Below, in pieces: positions 11,127 to 24,000 of a stretch of 64,000 bases of DNA. Made by a program: the position numbers and the translations under genes. Below the pieces are notes generated by a model. It was given only the letters and a program-made list of their open reading frames with translations. It had not been told where the DNA came from and searched no databases. The stretch covers positions 496,001 to 560,000 of the forward strand of contig JBPGPT010000004.1 in NCBI GenBank assembly GCA_051047955.1, written 5' to 3'. This DNA is from Cystobasidiomycetes sp. EMM_F5. Its lineage: Eukaryota. The stretch's first letter is position 1, and the number at the start of each line of letters is the position of its first letter.

Positions 11127-13919
11127 TCATCGATAATCGTTCTCGTATGGATGCAGAACCGGACCCTCCGGCCGCAATGTTTTGCTTGGCGAGACTATCG
11201 TCGACATGCCGTCTTCAAAGCCATAGGGCTGCCTCGTCGCGGTATCTCCTTCAAAGATTTCTATAGGAGAAACGAGCGGCGATTTGCGAGACACTCGCCT
11301 GCTCGAGTTGCTCGTGATTGACGGGACCTTGTATCGTCGAGACGCGCTGTCATCGCCCAGATGCTGGCTCAACGACTGCCGAGTCAGTGGTTGATCCATG
11401 TGACCGTTGAGTGCGTCTTTGCCGAAAAAGTCTTGACGAGGGGATGCGGTATTTGGAGATACTGAAAATGATGGACCTTGCGACTGGGCACTGCTAATCG
11501 TAATCTCCCTTCCCAGCCCAATGAGGCCCCAGATCTCTTCCACAAGCCGCTTTAGTGACCATAGCCAGCCGAGCCCAAACACACCGCACGATAGCAGCAC
11601 ATTTAAAACAAGGAAGATATCTGGCAGATGAATCGGAGGCGTGATGACTGTGTCGGCGAGCAGTATGAGTACCGCAGTCGAGTACACGAGTAAGGAAAGG
11701 ATCTTTAACGCTGAGGCACCGGCTCTGAACGGATTGTGCCCGAGACCGAAGTTCCAGAACAGTGTGAGTGCGATGGTGGGCAAGGCCAGACCGTCCCGCT
11801 TCAGTAAGGGATACATACTGGCAGCCCAGAGAATGTCAGATCTGGTGCAGGCATCGTTTATACTACGAGAAAAAGCCCACCTAAAACAGCCAATATTGTT
11901 CAATAGCACTGCCCACTCATAATCCTGTCCCGGTAGCCCTGGCTGTCGGCCTGCTAGAAGGAGGGTAATGGGCATGAGTGGGAGTAGTATACTCTTTTCG
12001 TGGACTTGAAAGGAGAAGAGAAAGAACGCCATTGCACTACAAAACAGAGCATGCGGAAGAAGTTTTGCCGTAGGAGCTGGTCGTCGATGGGATTGAGACA
12101 GAGATGGCGTATGATGGGCGTCATCTATCCTTTGACGCAGTTGCCAGCTCGTCCAGACTACCCCAGCGATAATTGGAAGAACGGCAGTCAATGTGAGGAC
12201 GGCGCTGATGCGAGCCAGGGCTGTCACGGATAGCAAGTTTCGTAGCTTGACGACGACATTGACCGAGCACCAGACATTTGCGACCTTGTCTTCAAATAAT
12301 CCGCGAGCAAAAGGAAATATTCGGTGTAGAGCTTGTTGTAGTTGCGATATGGGCCACAAGAAGGGCGAGAAGATGGTCAATAACGCTGCAGTCGAGAAGA
12401 AGGCCAGAGATGTGAAAAGGTTGAGACTGGACAACACACACATCGGTCAATATTACTCTTATGATTGTTGTTTTGCAAAAGACGCATTGTATACGTACCC
12501 CTCAGCTCCGCCTAGCCAGATGCATTTTCCAAGCAAGTAGGCAAACCTGTCAAAATCTGTCAATGTCGCGGCTAGAATCGCAATTTGGAGGTCGTTGACG
12601 GCTTACACAGCAGGCGCATAGTAAATAGCCATCTGCTTGAAACACATCGAGCAGACAAAGCAGACTGCTCCAAGTGAGTCGTAGCCGAGTTGCATTGCCA
12701 GTACAGACATCAGCGTCAGGCCTAGCATGATGGAGTTGTATCTGCGTGCAATGAGCGTCTATCAGTCGAGTTCGCAGATGCAACATAATGAGCGTTGTAA
12801 TCTACTGAAAGTGACCTGAATCAATCATGATCAACCCAGGCTGAAGCATTATAGAATAGAAAGCGATAAACTGCAAAAATGACAGAGACGTTAGCTTTTC
12901 GTTTAGTCAAAGGATCGCTAGCTACACACAAGCGTCCGAGTGCTTCGCTTGCTTGAAGTATGTGATTTCCACCTGCCTAGCTCGACTGCGCAGTACGCCG
13001 CAACGGGGAGTGCCCATAGGAGCAGATCGCCAATGATAACAGTGTACCGCATGTAGAGCGCAGACGACTCTTCGTTGCGTACAATTCTCCCACTGGCATT
13101 ACCTACCAACTCGACCCAGGCTGGATTTCCAAATTTCTTTGCGATTTTGGCCAACAAGAGAGAATGATATGCGGTCAAGGGCGGGTAGTCTAAGCCCCAG
13201 TACGACAGATTGTGCCAGTACCATTGATTGACAGGCATGTGCAGTGTGAGTGACAGCCAATTGCGCTGTGCTTCCATGTCGCCAAACAGCGGTGGATGCC
13301 CTCTTCCAGACCAGCCCCCTAATCCGACTGCCCATTTGATCCATACGAGGGTACCGATGGCTATTGTCGACTCGATATACCTTGCTCGAGATGGTGGTGC
13401 GATACTGCCGACGTTGGCCGTCGCTGCTTTTTCGACTAGCCGAACCCACCGCCGGATGGGACTGTCGTGAGGGAGGATCGGAGTGCCGACTGACCTTTTG
13501 CGAGTCTCCACAGGGGATGAGACTGCTTTTGTGTTGTCGGAGTGTACTGGTTGCGTGTTATTCAAACTCGTCACCCGGTCGCGGCTTGTCCTCTGGTACC
13601 GGTTTGCGGAGAGGACTGTACTCGTCCGTGAAGCTTCAGACGACGTGCGCTTCTTGCTCCTGGGTCTAGGATACGCCGAGTTGAGGTTGTTGTCGGTATT
13701 ATTCACTGGCAGGCTTCCAGCTCCACCGGACAGCTGGCGGTCAGAGGGACGGAGCAGGGGAGCAGTAGCATCGCGGTACGAAGCAGAGCGGTGCGAGTGA
13801 GAGGATATGTTGCTGTGGTTTGACAGTCGCCGGCGAGGTCTTGAACTGGTGCTGGCTTGCATAGCTTCATCCAGCGAGCGAGCGTGGAGGCTGCTGCTCG
13901 ATATTGCCTGATACGACAT
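11127..13919 (-). CDS. ALG6: Dolichyl-P-Glc:Man9GlcNAc2-PP-dolichol alpha-1,3-glucosyltransferase
   Basis: FGDMEAQRNW, WGLDYPPLTAYHS, IDSGHFQYNSIML, HRIFPFARGLFEDKVANVWC and FSFQVHEKSILLP. Confidence 0.93.
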
Positions 13920-14320
13920 TGCAGGTCAGGTCATTAAAGGGCTATTCATTTCCACGACATTATCAGGTTTGTTTGACAACAAGGGGTGTTGTATGCTTCG
14001 GGTTGTAATAAATAAACAGCCATTCCAGTTGGATATTAGAGGCCATCAAGCAGCGGCGGGGTAAATGGTCATTGATTATTGTCGTCGTTGACTATCAATG
14101 CATTGGAAAGTCGGAAGCCAGCTCCATCCATGCCCAAGATAGCCAATTCGATCGATGTACATGCACCCCTTATCATCGTGTGCTTATCTCGACATCACCA
14201 ACTGCCATTGCCTCCCACACCTCTGCCCATCCTGGATCCCGTCACTGCCGCTGCCCCGTCCTCCCTTGACCGTCGAGTGATTCCGGGTTTCAGCTGACAC
14301 TGACAATCAAGAAGTCAGCC

Positions 14321-16887
14321 ATGTGCGGCTTTTCAGCAGTCTTCTACCTCAACGGGAGTGCCCCAGAGGAGAGTATCCGGGATGAGATGAAGAAATCGCT
14401 AGACAAGCTCAGTCATCGCGGCCCAGACTCGCACGGCATCTTTGTACACCCGTCCGGAACCGTCGGTGGGCAGGGCTCTGTAGATGTATCTAATTGATTG
14501 CATCTCGTTGATTATCCTTCATCCGTCGTCTGAATTAGCACTCGGTCATGTCCGCTTGTCCATCATCGACCTCGCAACAAGTCAGCAACCCCTGTCTGAC
14601 GAAGACGGCGTAATACAAGCAGTAGTCACTGGAGAATTCTACGATTTTGAAAAGACTCGGGAGGAGCTACAAGCCCAAGGATGCGTGTTCAAGACGAATG
14701 GCGATTCCGAAGTCCTGGTCCAGCTGTAATTGCATCTGATGCGATATCATCAAGACGCACCTGACGTATACCCACTATCTACAGATACAAATTATACGGA
14801 CTGAACGCAATCCTCCATCTACGTGGAGAGTTCGCATTCGTATTGTGGGACGACAGGCAGAAACGCATCTTTGCCGGACGTGACCGATTCGGTATCAAGC
14901 CTCTGTACTTTGTGCAGATTGGCGAGAAGCTCTGCATTGCTAGCGAGATGAAGGCATTTCTGCCTCTGGGATGGACGCCAGAGTTTGATGTACAGAGTAT
15001 AGCTGCATTCGGGCAGTACCACGATTCTCGAACAGTATTCCAGGGTGCCGAGAAGGTGCGCAGTCGAGTCTGCACCCGATGTGTGACGACTAATGTACAC
15101 CCCTTGCCACACTCGACAGCTACAACCTGGCTACTACATGCTTGCGCGTCGTCATACGCCAACGCATTTCCATCCCTACTGGGATCAAACGTATCCCGAT
15201 GCAAACAGGGTGGAGACTCGCAGTATCGAAGAGATGGTACAAGGTGTCCGGGAGCGTTTGATCGACGCCGTTCGTCTACGTCTCAGGTCGGACGTGCCGC
15301 TGGGTGTATATCTGTCTGGCGGTATCGACAGCTCATGCCTAGCTGGTATTGCAAACTACCTTCTCAAGAAGGACAATCCCGATGCCAAAGTCACTGCATT
15401 TACGTTGAGCTTTCCGGGAGGTGAAAGTAGATATGATGAAGGTCCTATCGCCAAGCGGACTGCAGAATTCATTGGCGCTGATATGCGGGTCCTGTCGCCG
15501 TCCGAAGATGACCTGATCCGAGCTTTCGAGGTGCGTAAACCCCTTCACATGTAAGCTCGTGGTCTTGTCTAATCTATTTCTACGACAGGGCTGTATCTGG
15601 CATTCTGAGCTGGCGCTTTCGGATCTGGGTGGTGCAGCCAAGCATTTACTGTCCGGCTTAGTGCAGGACGAGCAATTCCGGGTGGTACTCACGGGCGAAG
15701 GTGCCGACGAGATTGCTGCTGGGTACGCTACTGTCCGAATCACAAAAGTCACAAACAACACGCTGATGGTAGTCGACTTAGATACCCGTTCTTCCTACCA
15801 GACTATCTGAGAGCACCGGATCTTGCTTCTGCCAATCTCGGAATCGATTTACCTACTGCCGAAGAGCGAGCCGAGCTCATCAAAGGCTTAGAGGCAAAGT
15901 CTCTAGAAGCCGAGATGGGAATGACTCCGATGTCGTACGACGATGCAAAAGTAGCCAGATCTATGCTTGGTGGTATATCTCTGCACAGACATTTCGCGGT
16001 TGCAACACCTCCCGCTTCCATCTTTACAAAGCAGGCTCTAGACGCGTGCGGTGAGACGGATGGTGCACTCGCCATCGCCGAGTACATGAATGGCATCGTG
16101 CGTCAACATGCTATCGACGGGACGTGGCACCCGCTTCATGTAGCTCAATACGCGGAAGTGAAGACAAGTGAGCCTGCTACGGCACAGCTTTTGAGCGTAT
16201 GAGCTAATTTTCCTTTAGCTTTGGCCAACTCTCTACTCAACCAGCTGGGCGATAGGAACGAGATGGCTCACAGCATAGAAGGTCGTCTCCCGTTCTTAGA
16301 CTCCAAATTGGTCGACTACGTGACTGGCCTACCTCCGTAAGCTTGAGATAGCATGTTAGGCATACCGTCAAGCTGAGACGCAGCATACAGATCTGTCAAG
16401 CTGCGGCCATTCAAGGGAGAAGATGGCACGTGGAGCTTCTCTGAAAAGTGGATCTTGCGTGAAGCTGTCAAGCCATTTATCACTGAGGAGCTGGTAAGCA
16501 GCTAATTGAACAGACCTGAGGCAATAGACTGATCATACGCGCACGCGACAGTACAAACGCTCCAAGCAGATGTTTACGGCTAGCGTCAGTCGCAAAGCAC
16601 CTGCTCGAACGGAGGAAAAGTCCGCCGACAGTGCCAAGAAGCAGACTCAGCCTATCATAGACATGCTGACCAACAAGGTGACAAAGGAGAATATCGAAGG
16701 ACTAGGTTTCCTGTCTTGGCCGGAGATCGATAAGCAGTTCAAGCTCTATCTCTCTGGCGACTGGGAGGCTGGCTATGGCGGGCTTCCAAGATGCTTGCGG
16801 ATTTGTCTGCTGGCCTACTCTCTTATCATTCTCAAACAGAAATTTGGCGTCAAAACCTGGAAACCCGAGACTGAAACCGTACTGTAG
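14321..16887 (+). CDS. Asparagine-synthase-family (bacterial AsnB-like) class II glutamine amidotransferase
   Basis: N-terminal MCG, HRGPD, LGHVRLSIIDL, GRDRFGIKPLY, YLSGGIDSS, LTGEGADE and GDRNEMAHSIEGRLPFLD. Confidence 0.9.
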
Positions 16888-16933
16888 CACTCTAGATACC
16901 CGCATTATATTGATACACGGCTGCCGTGCTACA

Positions 16934-18688
16934 TTACACTTCATCATCTGCCATTAGCTCCGCAAGTTCGGCTTCTTCCTCGGCTGTCATGGAAGACGCT
17001 GTCTCCTTGACCATCCCATTCTTGATACCTTTCCGTATCGGATTCGACTTGGTAGAGACGGCTGGTTCGGCTGCTGCTTCTGCACCTGATCTGTTACCGC
17101 GACCTTCTAGTATCTCATTGACATGCCATCTGCGAAGCGTATTGTCCAGACCAGTACTAATCAAGTAGACATCGTGATCCGAAGTTGGGTCCGCTTCGTT
17201 GTTCTTTGGATACCTTCTCAACTTGTACCATAGTGCGAGACGGTTCACAGCGTGGGAGTGTCCTTCCACCTGAGCCAGCAGCCCAGCAGGCTGACATCCT
17301 GATGCATACGCCTCCGATGCGGTCAATGCTGTGGAGACGTGGCCGGCACTTGCTGATCGAGCAGACATAGCGGTGCTGCTTTCAACCGCAGTACTGGTGT
17401 TCCAAACACGTACATGTTCGTCGGAACAGCCAGTTGCCATCAGGTCCGACGCGCCACGGCTGACTTCGTTCGGCAGCGGCAGGACCGCTTGTACAAAGTC
17501 AGGATGAGGAAAAGTTGCAATAGCTCGCGGAAGATCTGCTGCTGCCGTCGGGTCAAGACACCACAGGGTAGCAAGCTGATCACCCGATGCTGCGAGGCAG
17601 ACTAAGCATGGAGCCAATATCTGGTGACGTCTAGTATGGCTTACCCGTCCATGCTTCGTCTTCGCCGATGTAGATGTCATGGACGGCAGTCTCATGAGCC
17701 AGCCAAGTCTGCCTGAACTCGTGCTGCAGCCTTTGATTTTCGTTGTTGCGCCACAGTTCCCAAGAACAGATACGACCCATGCTATCTGCGCTCCACAAAA
17801 TCACGCGCGAAGTGTCTTGCAGCTCATCATTCTGCCTTTTTTCCAGCAGTCTATACCACGCAAGCCGTTCAATCGGTCTTGTGTGATGCTTCTTCAAGCT
17901 GGCAAGGAAGGGTAGCGGGGACATTGGAGTGTAGCCTGTACCGGTGTGATGCAATGAAGCGCGAGATGATTCGCCCTCGTCATTGATCTGGACCTCCGTA
18001 TCTCTTGCATTCGCGTCGACGTTACATAGTTGACTCGTGTCCCAGATACGGATATCTTTGTCGGACCCGCCGGAAACGAGTATGTTTAGACTGGGAATGA
18101 TGGTCAGGCATTTCACAAAGTCGGTGTGGGCATTCAGATTTCGGCTCAAGAGTGCTCTATTCTGCGCAAAGGGAGTGTGTCCTATCAGTATATTTTGCGA
18201 GCAATTCAGCTGTTTACGCGAAATTTACGCGAGTGTCCCAAACGCAGATGGACTTGTCCCACGATGCCGTCAGCAAAAGTTCGGAGGGGAGGTGCTTCAG
18301 CCTGAGGAAAGCCAGGCTCGTCACTGGACCACTGTGACCGCGGTACAGCTGCAGAGTCTTGCCCGACTTTTCAAAGCAAAACAAGTCAGGCACGACGCGC
18401 AAGATATCCATACTCCCAGTCCAGCCCTACCTCGAGGTCAAGACGCCGTACGAGGAAGCCGCTCTCTGCCGTCCACGCTTCGCCCCGCCCGTCTTGGTAT
18501 CGTACAGCCAGATCCAGCGGTTTCGAAGACAGACGCATGGGCCAACCCAGCTCGGCTGTCCGGACAGACTTTGCCTGTCGAGCTGCAGCTTTCTCAATCT
18601 CGGCATCAGTCTGGAACAGGTTGTCCGTAGACGCCGTCTGCATTTCGGCGGTATATTGGCCGGATCCATGTTGCGGGACTGATCTCAT
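16934..18688 (-). CDS. WD40-repeat protein; start may be 18688 or 18643
   Basis: GHSGPVTSL..LLTASWDKSICVWD, AHTDFVKCL..VSGGSDKDIRIWD, HPDFVQAV..ATGCSDEHVRVWN and GHSHAV..STGLDNTLRRW. Confidence 0.88.
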
Positions 18689-18702
18689 ATCTAACATTTA
18701 CA

Positions 18703-20859
18703 ATGACCTGGAGCGCTCGACATGGCCAGATAGGCTGTCTTCTACCTGAGATTGTCCATATCCTACAGCGAGAACTGAACCGGCGCGATCTCTTGGAGAA
18801 GATTGGCCGCGACTCCGGGTATCTGATTGATTTGGCGCAACTGTCCTTGCACCGCAATACACAAGCTGGTAAGTTCCCATCCCATCTGCTTTGTGATACT
18901 ACCGGAAATCTAACGTCCACCACGAAGCCCATCAATCAATACATGACGTTGTGGATCTCAGCATTCACCTTGCAGCCGACTTTCGTGCTCTCCACACTCT
19001 CAGCTACAATGCTCAGACCGGGTCGATGGTGTGGTCGTGCGGCTTGTTGTTGGCTGCGAGCTTTCTGACGCCTTTCTGCAGGTAATGGTGGTGGCAAGCC
19101 AAAATCTGGGGACATCGAGAAGGGTGTTTGCGGCCAAAACAGTCACACGAGCTGCAGCATGCCGAACGCATGGAGTGAGTAAAAACCGTCTCGACTTGAC
19201 CCTGCTCGAAATGACTTATCCCGGCTTCTACAGCAGAACACTCTTCAAGCAGAGCGCGCCATACTCGCAGAGGCGCGCAGGCTGCGGCAGCCGTTTGTGG
19301 TACAAATAGTTGGCGCCTTTGCTAGCGAGAACGACTATACAACATTACTGGAATATCATCCCGCGGGTGATCTGGGCCAATTATTGGAAGAGCGGACAAC
19401 GTTTCCAATAGATTGGGCGCAACTCTGGATAGCCCAGACGTTGACAGCTGTGTTCTGGTTACACTCTGTCGGATACGTCCACCGGTAGGGCAAGCAGACG
19501 ATTTCTTGGCCGTTTTACTAAAGTTGTAGCGTAGTGACATCAAACCAGCCAATCTCCTCCTAAATGCTTGTGGTCACGTCGAGCTTGCAGACTTTGGCTC
19601 AGCGGCCTCAGTAGATCGTGGAACACTACGACTGCCGGAAAGCAGCTGCATGATACCTGTGGGAACTGTAGACTATGTAGGTGTATGTTGCAGCATTTCA
19701 GATGCTCGCACTCACGGCAATGTCAGATTGCGCCCGAGATTCTGCTAGCACACGCGGAACACCTAGATAGTGCCCACTCTAGCACTGCTCAACCGTCCTC
19801 TGCCGGTACTTACGGTGCTGAGGTGGATTTCTGGAGCGCAGGTGTCGCGCTATATGAGGTATGTTACCATATCAGACGCAGAGAGCAATCTGACGCTGAT
19901 ACACAGATGATTTGGGGATCGCTGCCATTCTACGCGGAAAGTATTCCGCAAACCTATGAGCGTATCGTAGAACACGAAGTACGTACACTCAAGAACATAC
20001 ATGTTCATTCCAGCTTCTTATTTTTAGTGATCTCGCAGGAATATCTGTCATTCCCGGAAAGTAGCGATTCTACCTCAAGAGCCAGAGACTTGCTTCGAGG
20101 GTATGTGTGGTGACATTTGCGCGTAGAATCATCGCTCAAGCAAATTAAGTGTGCAGTCTCTTGCGCTCATGTGCGCGTCGACTTGGTCATGATGACATTC
20201 CCAACCATTCCTTCTTTCGCGGCGTCGATTGGACCAGACTTGATGAAGGTAAGAGCTGTGCACAGCTCGTCGAAATCCGCGTATCATTGGCCTGAAGGTG
20301 CTTTTCCTAAGCGTCTACATCTTTCAAGCCGATCGTCCGCCCGCTTGGTCTGTCGAATGAGCCTGAGCAGCCCAACGTGACGAAAGTCTTTGATTTCTCT
20401 GCCCTTTTCTCTTCTCCGGGTCTGTCGATTCTCCGTGAAGAAGGAGAGAAGATCAGCGGTCATGATGGCGACCATACAAAGTGGCTCGGGTTCACACTAC
20501 TTCCTGACTCAGATGCTTTTGATCGGCGACTGGGCGAGATTCGGGAGAGCGAGATTGTTCTCCCTGCTGCTGCAGAAAAGCGAAATGGTATACCGCCGAT
20601 AACGCCCGCCAGAGCGTTCCGCTCTGCGTCGAAACCCCTTCAAAGTGACCGTAAGCAAGCAAACGGGAGTGCTCTGCTCGAAGTTGTCGATTACGGTATC
20701 CTGAAGACTGCTAGGAAAGCTACGGCATCGGCACGACGGGATATGGCCGGCAGCGGGGCATACGGCCGCTGGGAGGAACTGCAGCTTCGACACGACCGCC
20801 TTATGAGCGAGATGCAGCACGTGGAATCAAGGCTTGCGCAGCTGTCATCCTCCAAATGA
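18703..20859 (+). CDS. AGC-group Ser/Thr protein kinase (DMPK/MRCK-like catalytic domain)
   Basis: FAAK, LEYHPAGDL, HRDIKPANLLL, LADFGSA, GTVDYIAPE, DFWSAGVALYEM, PFYAESIPQTYERI, HSFFRGVDW and WLGFT hydrophobic motif. Confidence 0.88.
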
Positions 20860-21029
20860 TCACCAAGTATATCGCCTATGGTGTGCTATGCTACAAGGGC
20901 CTGACTATGACTTCAAGGCCAATTGATCGCGTACGAAGTAATTTACACTGAGATTCTCCGATGCATCCGGGCCAGATTAATGAGGATAGCTTTGCAAATT
21001 CATGATGGTGGCGTTCACAGCGCACGATT

Positions 21030-24000
21030 TTAGCTCTGGTGTACATCACGAGGCATCGCTGCTGACAGGTAATCTGCCCATTCGTCCGCAGACGGATCTG
21101 CAGAGAAAGGAACGCCAAAGAACGCAGCGTGTGACATATCGCCAAAAGGTGAGGTTGTGCTGTTCTGATTTTCAGGCGTACGTCCAGTCCCGAAAGGATT
21201 CACTCCTATGCCGAGAACGTCATTTCCCGAAGCGGCATTTTCGTGACTTGCGGTCGGCACAGGCATCTGCGACTGTGTGAATGACTGCCAGAACGGATCA
21301 AACATAAAGTCTGAAACGTTGGTATGCGTTTCCATAGACGAAGCGATCGGGGCGGGGTTGTTCCAAGCAGGTGGGAACAAACCCATATTTGTATCGCTCG
21401 AATATGCAGAAGCAGGCATACTGACTCCAACTGAAGTAGTGTTGTTGTTTGTCTGCGCGAGGATATTTTGCGAGAAATCGAAATCGCTCGTAAGCCCCAA
21501 GATGTTGAAGCTGTGCTGCTGTTGCTCCGGATTGGGAGGAGCGATGGCAATTGGAGAACCGATGCCGATGGAAGCGAACCCAGGCGAAGTCTGACCAGGC
21601 GTACTAGTGTGGCCGAAATCGAACATTGTGGGGACGGAAGCCGATACCGGCACGTCTTCACTGACTGAAGGCAGGATAGACATCGGAACGGCAGGGGACA
21701 TGAAAGTGAAATCGGATGATGGCAACGGTGCCGAAGGTAAGGGAGCGTTATTAGAAGTGGCGGACGCGGGTGTCTTGACAAATCGGTCATCAGGATTGCT
21801 GTTTCCGCTTCCACGCAGGGTAGCAGCTGTCACAGAATTGTGACGACGTCTGCTACTAACATTAGCGCTCGTCGAGCGCTTGACTGGCTGACCATCGCTG
21901 CTGGGAATCTGATTGAGAGAAGCACTGGCAAAAGCAGGCCGAGTATGGAATGTCGGAAGCCGTCTGAATGGTTCAGAGAGACCACCCGGTGCTTTTGAAG
22001 GAGTGTTGCGTCCAGATACATCGACATCTTGCGTTTCAGCCTGCCTCTTCCGACCGCGCGTATCGTCTTCGTCCATAGCACTTGCCGCCCGCTCGATTGG
22101 CTCAACGTCTGCATCTCGTAAATCTACGATGCCCTGCAGCAATTCGTTTTGCCGTAGTGCTGATGCCCAAGTACTGTCCATCTCTTTGAGGGCTCGCATG
22201 CATCTAAGCAGATGGAATTTTGCAGTGGGCGCTAAACCCTCATCATAAGTCGAGTTGTAAACGTGCATGATGCCAGCGCTGAAAAGATAGTACGTCAAGA
22301 AGGGAACGCATTGCCGGAGGGTGTATGTCTTGCTGTACAATGTCACGATGCTAAGCAAAATTGTCAGAACGACCATAGACAGCGGCAGATCACACGGCAG
22401 GAACTCACTTGCTGATTGCTGCAGCTGCCGTTGTGCAGATGGAATGAGAAGGGAACGCGGTTGCGGTTTTCGATGCTCCTTGGGCTGGTATAAAAGGTCG
22501 GTGGAGTAGAATGAGTGCCGCGAAGAACTGACAGTGCAAAGCCAAGACGTGCGGAGGAGGTGCGCGCTTGCTTGCAGAGTTGTACTGGAGGTGCGTAGGT
22601 AAGCTGATGTACCAATTTGCGAGTGCTTGATCGAGGTGAGCTAGTAGAGACTCGCTGTTCTGCCCAAGGACACGTACGCGGATAGCATACAGATTAGCAA
22701 TGATTCGCGAAAAGAGAACAGACAGCGTTGCAGAGTGGTTGAAGCACGAGATGGAATTGGACTTTACGCCTTGCGGGTATGATCGAATCTGAGCGAGAAG
22801 CGGTTCCGCCATGGTATTCATGATGGGTTGCTCAGACCAGTCTGTTCCGTCTGGACGGATGGGGCGCCAGATGTCATGCTCGTCCGGCTCATCTTCTGCG
22901 GGCAACGCAACGTCGTAGTCTCGCTCAAATATCATCATCGGACGACCAATGTATGCCGAGACGTATCTGTCGAAGCCAGCGTAAGCTGGACGCAAACCTG
23001 AAGAAGAGCAGTACTACTGACTTGTCAAGGACTATACACGCCCACCATACGCGCTTTCTAGTCTGCTTCTCCTCATAGCCAAAGGCGTTGACGGGCAAGA
23101 ACCACTTGTCCACATCTCTGAAGAGGCCGAGATCCTGTGCCATTCGAATGGCCATGCCGAGGTACGTCCAGCTCTGAGCGTTTGCCCCACATCCAATTTC
23201 GCGGTACGCTAAAAGCAGTAGGGCCTGCACAGTGGACAACCTGCTTGATCCGAAATCTTCATGAATCAATTCTTTTGCTTTGTTTGCGTAGCCGTCGCCT
23301 GCTTTCCAGTAGACGCCGTGTTTACGAATGCCACCGGTATCAGAGTGGCGTGCCGCTACGGAATAGATGGCAAACAGGAGGACAGCGGGCACACGCCCGC
23401 CGACTGCTTGAGCGGGGAGTGATCGACCATCCGGCCCGACTCCAGACGAGCCGTGTATCGTGTTTCGGTACTGCCGGACAAACAGAGATCGATAGAGGAG
23501 GGGTACGTGCGGATGAACGTAGATCCAGTACAGCTCTAAAAGATGATCGCTGGTGCGCTTGTCGGGAAGCGCTTGGAGTGCTTTAGTTCGAGCCATGATC
23601 TCATCTTCGGTCTTTCCGTACGGATACGGTGCGACACCTTCACCTTGTGCCGCAGATTCCCTATCTCGAGAAGGACTTGCTGCATTATCCGGAGCAGAAC
23701 CAGGGCTGGGTTCAGTCATGAGCGACAGTTGTTCCTGCTGTGTGGCACCTCCATCGTCATCGCTTCCCGGCTCCGCCGGGGGCCAAACACCAGCTTTTGG
23801 AAATCTCCAGAAAAAGTCTTTGTATCTCGCTGATTTGCTGATGAGGTACAAACCGGAACTTCTCCCATGATATCGCACCTCTTTGTTCTCGTCGAGCGAG
23901 AGCTGACCAACCACATCTGCAAGCTCGCTCAACGGGCCATCCGGCTGAGCCGGGTTGCCTGATTGATCGTTTGATGCTGCAGTGTGACCCATCGGGCTGA

